Of a stretch of 64,000 nt of DNA, positions 56,361 through 64,000 are shown in pieces. Location of the stretch: NCBI RefSeq assembly GCF_009914755.1, contig NC_060928.1. One strand, given 5' to 3'. The notes beneath the pieces are model-generated. The model saw nothing but the letters and a program-made list of their open reading frames with translations. It was not told the origin of the DNA and did not search any database. A program made the translations under genes and the position numbers. Positions within the stretch are counted from its first letter, which is position 1, and every line of letters begins with the position of its first letter. The stretch comes from the human T2T-CHM13v2.0 reference genome, Homo sapiens.

Positions 56361-59300
56361 GATGTTTTGCTAATTTATAAAACCTAAACATGAGGTTCAT
56401 GTCATGCTGTCATAACAGCCACTCAGTATATTACCTTTGCAAACATTAAGGTTCATTGGTGGGAATGATAGCTCTTTGATAATGTTTTGGTTGTGGTAAC
56501 AGGCAACTTTGGCAAACAATGATTTATGACAGCTAAAACCATTGAGATGACTCACACTGAAATAGGACAGCTTAAAATAGAGACCTCATAGAGCAAAAAG
56601 CTGCCAGATATTCAAAAGGCCAAAAAAAAAAAAAAAAACCACACAAAAAATCCCAAGTTTGAAATAGAAACTAGACAACTGCATAGGCTATTTCTCTATA
56701 TTATAAAGTATGATAAAAACCCACTACACATACATATAATGTATGTGAAAGGCACACAAACAACTAATTCAAATATGATACTGATTTGGGTGAAGGCCAG
56801 TTTACTACCGTCGTCTACTCTTTCATTAAGGCAGTGTATTCTGGAATAATTATATAATAATATAAATTTCTGATTAGTTGGGATGTTGTTTTTGAAAAAG
56901 GTCAACTTTAAAAAATGTTTCTGCTTAAGGTCCTTAACATCTTTTGTGATCATTCCTAATCTAACATCTGGGTTTTTGTCTGTCTGGTTTTTATTTAATG
57001 CTCTGTTTCTCTGTCTGTTCATCGTGCATTATCTACCTATGTCTTTGAATAGAGAAAACATGTTTTTAAGGAATATAAAACTGGAGACACATTTGATTTG
57101 AAAAAAAGTCACAACTTTGGGAACTAAAAGACTAGACATTTATGAGTACAGTATTGGGAAGCATTGTAGAACTATCAGCATGCAAAGATAATACATGTTA
57201 GGTAACTGATTGCTTATCAGATTACCAAAGCGGGAATTCCTAGAATTCTTGGCCATAAAACCCTTTCAGGAAGTGATAGTTTTTCTTTTACTTTCTTCGT
57301 ACTAAGCTTTGAAAGCTAGGCATATCACTGCTTCCATTTTTAGAGCAAGATTCTTGACAGTACTTTTTATTTTGTTGTTTTGAGAGCCATTGACATTTCT
57401 TCCTTTGGTGTTCAAAGTAGGTTTACATAGAAGGTGGTGGCATTAGACCCTCCCTCTGTACCATCACCCTTTTTCTGTGTAGTAAACCTTGTGCTGCTGG
57501 GTTTGCTGGGTGGTATACAAGTACAGGGCCAGATAGAGCCAGGGACTAGATTCGGCTATACTTTCTACCACTCATGTCTGGTTTTCTGTGTGCAATAATA
57601 GGGTTTTTTACATACTATGAAAGAACACGTAGGACTGATTACTTTGGCACCAGAGAACAGTCCAGGGTGGCTACATCATTTTTTGGCTTATTTGGTATAA
57701 GTTTCTATAGTAGATTTCTAAATGGAAAACAGAGAGGACATTTTCCCATTCTGTGCTCAAGAAGCAGAAAGTCTGACTGAGAAAATCTGTAAGATGAAGT
57801 ACAGTTTGTGATGAAAACATATAATAAGATGGTTGAAAAACCACACATTTGCTTTTGCATCTGTGGCAAAGGTTATCAGTTAAATATACACATGGCTAAT
57901 TGAGATTTCCATGGTATAATGGATGGCTCTGAGCAGCTATCCTGGAAATGCATACTAGATTTGAAACAATAGCAACAAAGATATTTTAATGATAATATTA
58001 CCTTCCTATATAAAAATAATACATTATCATTATATTTTGACTAATGCACTGGATCTGTCATGCCTCTTCTCCAAGACTGCTCATTCACTATTTCTACAAG
58101 GAGAGGTAAGAAGTTAACTATTTCACATAAACTGTATAGGAAATAAAGAAAGGAAGGGAGAATTATAGAGGCAACATTACATTCCAATGTCTAGGACTGT
58201 ATTCCCTCTTGTACATTCATTGTAATTATATACTGACCTTTGAGATCAGTGGCTGGTTACTTATGGGATAATATGATTAAAGTATACGTAACAAGTATGT
58301 TAAATTATTTTTAATGCAATTCTAGTGGAGAAGATCTGTGTAATTGCTAATTCCATTTCATTCTAGAGGCATCTGAGATAATGTCCCTTGGGTCCAAGCC
58401 TGTAAACTAGACTAAAGCGCTATCCACACAGAGGCCAGTTTGAATACTGTTACTTTTGTTTTACTGATGACTGGTTTGCATGGAAAGAGGAACTCGTAGC
58501 TAGTTAAAAATTCAAAGGGAACACATACACTTTTCAAGGAATACTTTGCAGCATGTATATAATTCTTTTATTTGTAAGTCACGTTTGGAGTAAACCTCGC
58601 TTTCCCCTTTCCTCCCTAAAACATGAGTTCTAGGGCATTTGAGTTGCCTTCTGTTTGATGTAACCCAACTTGTTCTTATTTTAATAGTTGGGTATTTTAA
58701 TGGGTCCATTTCAAATGCCTTAATGGTATTTCTCGTGGGCTAAAACTTTGTTGCTGATGATCCTTTGAAAGGACATTGGACTTTATCTGCTGATAGAGAT
58801 GGGGAAAACTGGTTGGGAGGAGGCTGTTGATGATGGAACTTAAACTTCAGGGAAATACCTCAGAAGGGATTGGATGAGCTGTGGGATCCAGAAAGAAAAT
58901 GTTTGCCTCAGAGGCAGGGTATACATGTGGAAAAACCTGTGCTGGAGACATAGACAACAAGGACTGAAGCAGTGGTCACTCTGATGGTAGAGATTGCGGG
59001 AGGGAAAAAGAAACGTAAGAGGCTTATTACATCCCACAAAACTCAATGAATTACCAAAATCAAGTTAAATATTTATTCCTAGATCTTAAGAGAATGTTTA
59101 AAGTTCTATATTAATATAGCAATATCAGTATCTTAGATGGAATTGATGTTTGTATACCTGAAGCATATTATTAACAGATCATGATATTTTATCCATTGCT
59201 CAGTTGTTATAACAGATTGCCAGTTTATGTTGAAAATAGAATGTATTTTTATTTTCCTCCATGTCTAGTACTGCTTCAAATTAGCTGCCACGTATCTGTA

Positions 59301-59654
59301 AAACATTTTTGGCATTCAGCTTTTCCTAATCATTAATAACCATGATGTTCTTGAAGCATGTTCTCCATGTCTTCATTTAAGGTAAGAATTCCTGCTTTCT
59401 TCTGTAAATGCCTGGGCAGGTATCAGTGATTTCCTAAAGAGAATTTTTGGTAAGGGAATTGGCATATATTTTTTTTTTTTTTTGGAATTGGCCTTTTATA
59501 CTACATTTCATTTCAGACAACTTTCTTAAAGAAGAAAGGTGTGTGTTAGCTTCAGGATCTATAGATCTCTAAATGAAGGGTCAGATGCCCTGAGTTTAGG
59601 CAGAGTGGAAGATATACTTTTGCACTCATCCTCAAATATGTTAGGAGGAATATA

Positions 59655-59855
59655 GAGTACTGTTAAAAGCAAGTACTCGAGGCAGACTGGGTTTGGGTCC
59701 TGACTCTGACATTTACAAGTATGTAACCTTTGAAAATTGCTTTAGTTATCACTTCCTCAGTTTCCTCATCTGCAAATGTGAATAATGTCAGTAGCTACCC
59801 CAAATAGTTGAAAGATTAAGTAAGCTGATCTACACAAAGTGCTCACTTAGCACCT
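59655..59855 (+). mobile_element. MIR SINE, followed by an L2 3' tail at ~59915-59992
   Basis: 'cctcagtttcctcatctgcaaatg'; then 'cagcacctagaacagcggctggcacatagtagg'. Confidence 0.8.
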
Positions 59856-60992
59856 AACTCTTGCTGTCAAAGATCACAGTTACCAGGCTCACTGGGGCTT
59901 TTTGTTTAGTTTATTACTATATCAGCACCTAGAACAGCGGCTGGCACATAGTAGGCAGCTGATTCTTTATTTGCCAAATAAATAAATAAATTTGAGGAGG
60001 AAATAGTTAATATTTCTGCTGATTTTAGAGTATTGTAGCAGAGAAAGACCCCCTAGCAGGGGTTTAAAATTGATCCCTTGATTCCCACTGAAGAGGAAGA
60101 TTGTTAATGTGGGACAAGTTTAAGGAAATAATTCAGTCAAGGAACTAGAAATGGGAACATTTAGTGGGACAAGAGAACAGGCATAAGTTTTTTCTGTGTT
60201 TGTTTTTGTTTTTTCTGTATTGATTGCTCTTTTAATGTCAGTTTCTCTTCCGGTTACCTTCCTTTTTGGAACACCTTTCTCTGTTTACTTCTTTCTCTAG
60301 AATCTATTGGCACCCTCACCAATTTTGCTTGTTGTTGCTTCTCTCTTTCTGAATTCATCTCCTATGCAGCAGGGACAGGAAAAGAAACCACAGGTTTGTA
60401 CTTCAGAAAGTATCTAACTATAGCCCTTGTTTTCTCCTCAGTATCTGTTGGAATATGCATCATCCCCTCACTTCAGTTATGAAAGAATATTGGCATCACA
60501 AAAATATGCAGATCATTTTAGTGTTGGGAGATGCCAATTCAATAATACACTTTGATATTAGCACAGACTCCATGTGCCATAAACTCTCTTCACATTGACA
60601 TTTCTCTTATTAAGGCTCCTATGTGTAAACCAAGGAACAAGTATCATAGTGGTTACTTTTAGAAACTTGAAATCTCTTCCTTCAAGAAGCTTATAATTTA
60701 TGGCTACTGCTCATTAAGATCTGAAGGGAAATTGAATTGCTTTATCTTGAAACTCTCAAAACTAAGCTAACCAAGGGACAAATCTGAGTGTCAGATTCGT
60801 ATTTAACAGAGATGACACAGATGGTTATATGAGTTAGTTGATATGTATAATATTTCACAAACAGAAGAATTCTAAAGTTTTCTTAACTGAAGGCACAAAT
60901 AAACCACCAAGGAAAGCTATGCTACTTTTTAAATAAGTTGTTGTGCTCATCTAAACATTTACAGGATTTTAGTGTGAACTCATTATATTTGA

Positions 60993-61329
<337 letters not shown>

Positions 61330-61362
61330 TATGTTTATACTAAAAACATAGTATGCACTCGA

Positions 61363-61540
61363 TAATCATTCATTTATTCAACCAACACATAATTATTAAG
61401 CACCTACCAATTATTTTCCAGACACTATACAGAAGCAGAGTTTATTGGCAAGAAAGATATCAGAGATCTTACCTCATGCAATCATAGGGCAGAAAAAAAG
61501 TAGACATTAAGTGAAAAATTACTAAATTATGATTAGTGTG
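61363..61540 (-). mobile_element. L2 3' fragment
   Basis: 'tcattcatttattcaaccaacacataattattaagcacctac'. Confidence 0.65.
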
Positions 61541-63159
61541 AAAATAATTCCTCTACTGGCCAAACAAAAATGGTAATTTTAATATTCTGCTTTAGCAGTT
61601 AATTTCTTACATTCACTATGATATTGTTAGCATCATTGGTGATGAATCTCAGCTGAGGTGATAGTGATACCAAACTGCTAGTTGAAATAGACCTTTAAAA
61701 AATATGGTTTGGAAAAAGAGCCCAGTGGATTTGGCTATGTAAACACTTTGAAGGATTGAAAGAGCCACATTAAATACACTCTGAGGCTGGCCAAGCCACT
61801 GAAGACTTCACCAAGTCAGTGGTGGGTCAAACGGAAGAATTTGCATTTTCTTTACGCAATCTCAGTCTCTCCAGAAAAGTGGCCACCTTTACATCTGCGG
61901 TCTCTCTCTGTCTCTTTCTGATTCTGTCTCTGTGTCTCTCTCCCTACTTTAAAAAATGGTTACATTATCAAAAGTTTCTTATATGCCATAACCAACTGTT
62001 GAATTTATTTTTTAAGTTTTTGTATTGAGTATGAGTTTATTTGAACTGTAAAATATATAAGCAAATATTAGCAAATCACATAAACAAGATATTGTGATTT
62101 ATTCTTTTACTACTGAAGGAATAGCTATTGGTTGCTCTAAAAACACACTTCTAATGGCTAACGTAAAACACATGCTATCTGAACTCTGAATTGTGGCAAT
62201 ATTATAACTCTAAAAAAAGGAGTGGCAGGAACATTCTATTCATTCTCTTTGGTCTATAAGTCTAAGCTGTTCACAAATGCAGTCGCTGACCCAGGGCCTG
62301 GCCAGACCGCAGCAAAGAATGAGGGAGAGGAACTCAATCGCATTTGACAGTCTCAAAACACATGAATCCTCCCGGGTGCTTTTTCCTATGTCATGCTCCT
62401 TTTTGGAAAAGATACGGCTATGACAAGAAAGAGAAATTATTTTTTCTTTCCCACATAAAGATGCAAAAGTTATCCTGAATTGTGTCTCTCTGTGCCCAGA
62501 GCTATGGAAGGCCTAGATTGCTGGAGGAGACAGAAACTGTAATTTCATAATTTTAATTATACTTTTGTCAGTCATTTACCATCCCAAATAAAGAGGGAAC
62601 ATTTTCGAGTCAAGTAGGCATGCATTTACATCCTGTAAAGGTTTCAGCTTTTTAATCTATAAAATAATGATAATATTTGCTCCAATATTAGCCCTACCTC
62701 CAACATGTACTTATTGGATAATTGCCATATGCCAAGCACAATTGTGGGTAATGGGAAGGAAGCAGTGAGCAAGACAGTCTAACTTTCAACTTTATGAAGC
62801 TTACCTTCCACCTGTTGTCACTGGAACAAATGAGATATGTGTGCAGAAGCCCTGCTGTATAAAAGGTATTCAATAAATAATTACTTCCTTTTATAACAAG
62901 AAAATAAAACTGTATGCACAACATAAAACTAGGAACTTTTATCAATATAGAGGCTATAAGGAATGATATTTTAAAGGAAGTTTTATAACATCTGGATCTG
63001 AAGTTTTATTCTTATCAGATGAACTTTGATGTTCTTTCTCTTAATTCCAAAATAAACAGGCATTAAATCTGCTTTAACTTTCATTAATCAACTAAAAAGC
63101 CTCTATTCCATTGTCTATATCTTACTAAATTCTTTGGGATATGTTTTTAAAAAACTGTC

Positions 63160-63600
63160 TATACATTTAGCATCATCTCTCATTATTCCAGAATGTGAAT
63201 CTGTCAATTGCTGCACTGTTCACAACTCAATTCATCCCAAGCTCTGTGCATGTCTACGTTGTTTACTAATTCAGAGCATCTTTCTCATGCTCATAACCTA
63301 TTCAAGATCCTGTGCATGAAGATCCTATGCAAGTCCTGCTTCCTTCACAATATTTCCCCAGATTGATCTAGAGTGCTTTGGAGTTCCCCTTTTTTCACTT
63401 CTTTTATCTACTGTGACCATATTTTCCAGACCATACCCATATTATAGAGAGTTCTCTTTTATTCTCTAAAGTACACATTGCTGTGAGTTGTTATTTAATT
63501 TTTCCAGAGTGCTTCCCCTGTCTACTCAAATTGTATAAGCTCCAGATGGGAACTCAATACTGAATGGGTGAATGATAAAATCAATAAATCAATCAAATTG
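63160..63600 (+). mobile_element. L2 3' fragment
   Basis: 'ctcataacctattcaagatcc...ttgtataagctccag...caatactgaatgggtgaatga'. Confidence 0.55.
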
Positions 63601-64000
63601 CATGTGATTATTCTCTCATGAGGATAACTCATATGTTGTTAACTTATTTTGGCAAATAAATTGGTGGAAGAGTTATTGGTCTGGGAGGATAATTTCTGGC
63701 TCTTCAGAAATCACAGCCCATGCCAATGTGTATGTTACCTGATCCAGGAATAATAAAAAGGTCTTATAGGGATGTGTGCTAGAAAAGTAGTTCTGGGTGG
63801 ATCAGGAGAAATATGGGCCATGAATGCCACAAAAATTCCTGTAATGTTCTTGAAATGCTTGCTCCACTTTCTCCCTTTGGTGGGTAAAGGAAAAATGAAA
63901 ACTAGCGGTACACCAAAATCAGGAAAATTACTAAACATTGCCCTCAATTGGGATTCTGGCAAATAGTCAGCCTTATTATGTTTTACTGAAAGCTAATGTC

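Noticed and set aside
58050-59390. Strong-looking splice donors (AG/GTAAGA at ~58106 and ~59382)
   Set aside because: No convincing paired acceptors or coding frames; such motifs are frequent by chance
60047-60065. CTCF-like motif (also ~54703-54720)
   Set aside because: Mismatches at core positions; unsupported without ChIP data

Overview
AT-rich primate genomic DNA, most likely human or great ape (AluY and an L1PA2-type insertion are present). It looks like a gene desert or a deep intron. I found no host protein-coding exon, RNA gene or CRISPR array that I can support. Much of the window is interspersed repeats: LINE-1 of several ages, L2, MIR, Alu, MaLR/ERVL/ERV1 solo LTRs, and Tigger/Charlie DNA transposons. 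Several are nested and have readable target-site duplications (TSDs). Repeat-poor blocks between them look like conserved regulatory DNA. The most notable observations are: (1) an L1PA3-like element whose first ~135 nt of promoter is fused directly into ORF2, leaving an 815-codon open frame with an intact RT core; (2) a neighbouring L1PB with a ~4 kb internal deletion that may be a splice junction; (3) a 99-bp near-perfect, spacer-less AT-rich palindrome; (4) a ~110-bp local segment copied into a (TA)n tract 1.8 kb away; (5) an orphan 238-aa ORF in largely unique DNA next to an enhancer-like block; (6) candidate enhancers, including a tight HNF4/C/EBP/FOXA cluster. Repeat subfamily calls come from recalled consensus sequences and need RepeatMasker/Dfam confirmation. 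Boundaries of old repeats are approximate.
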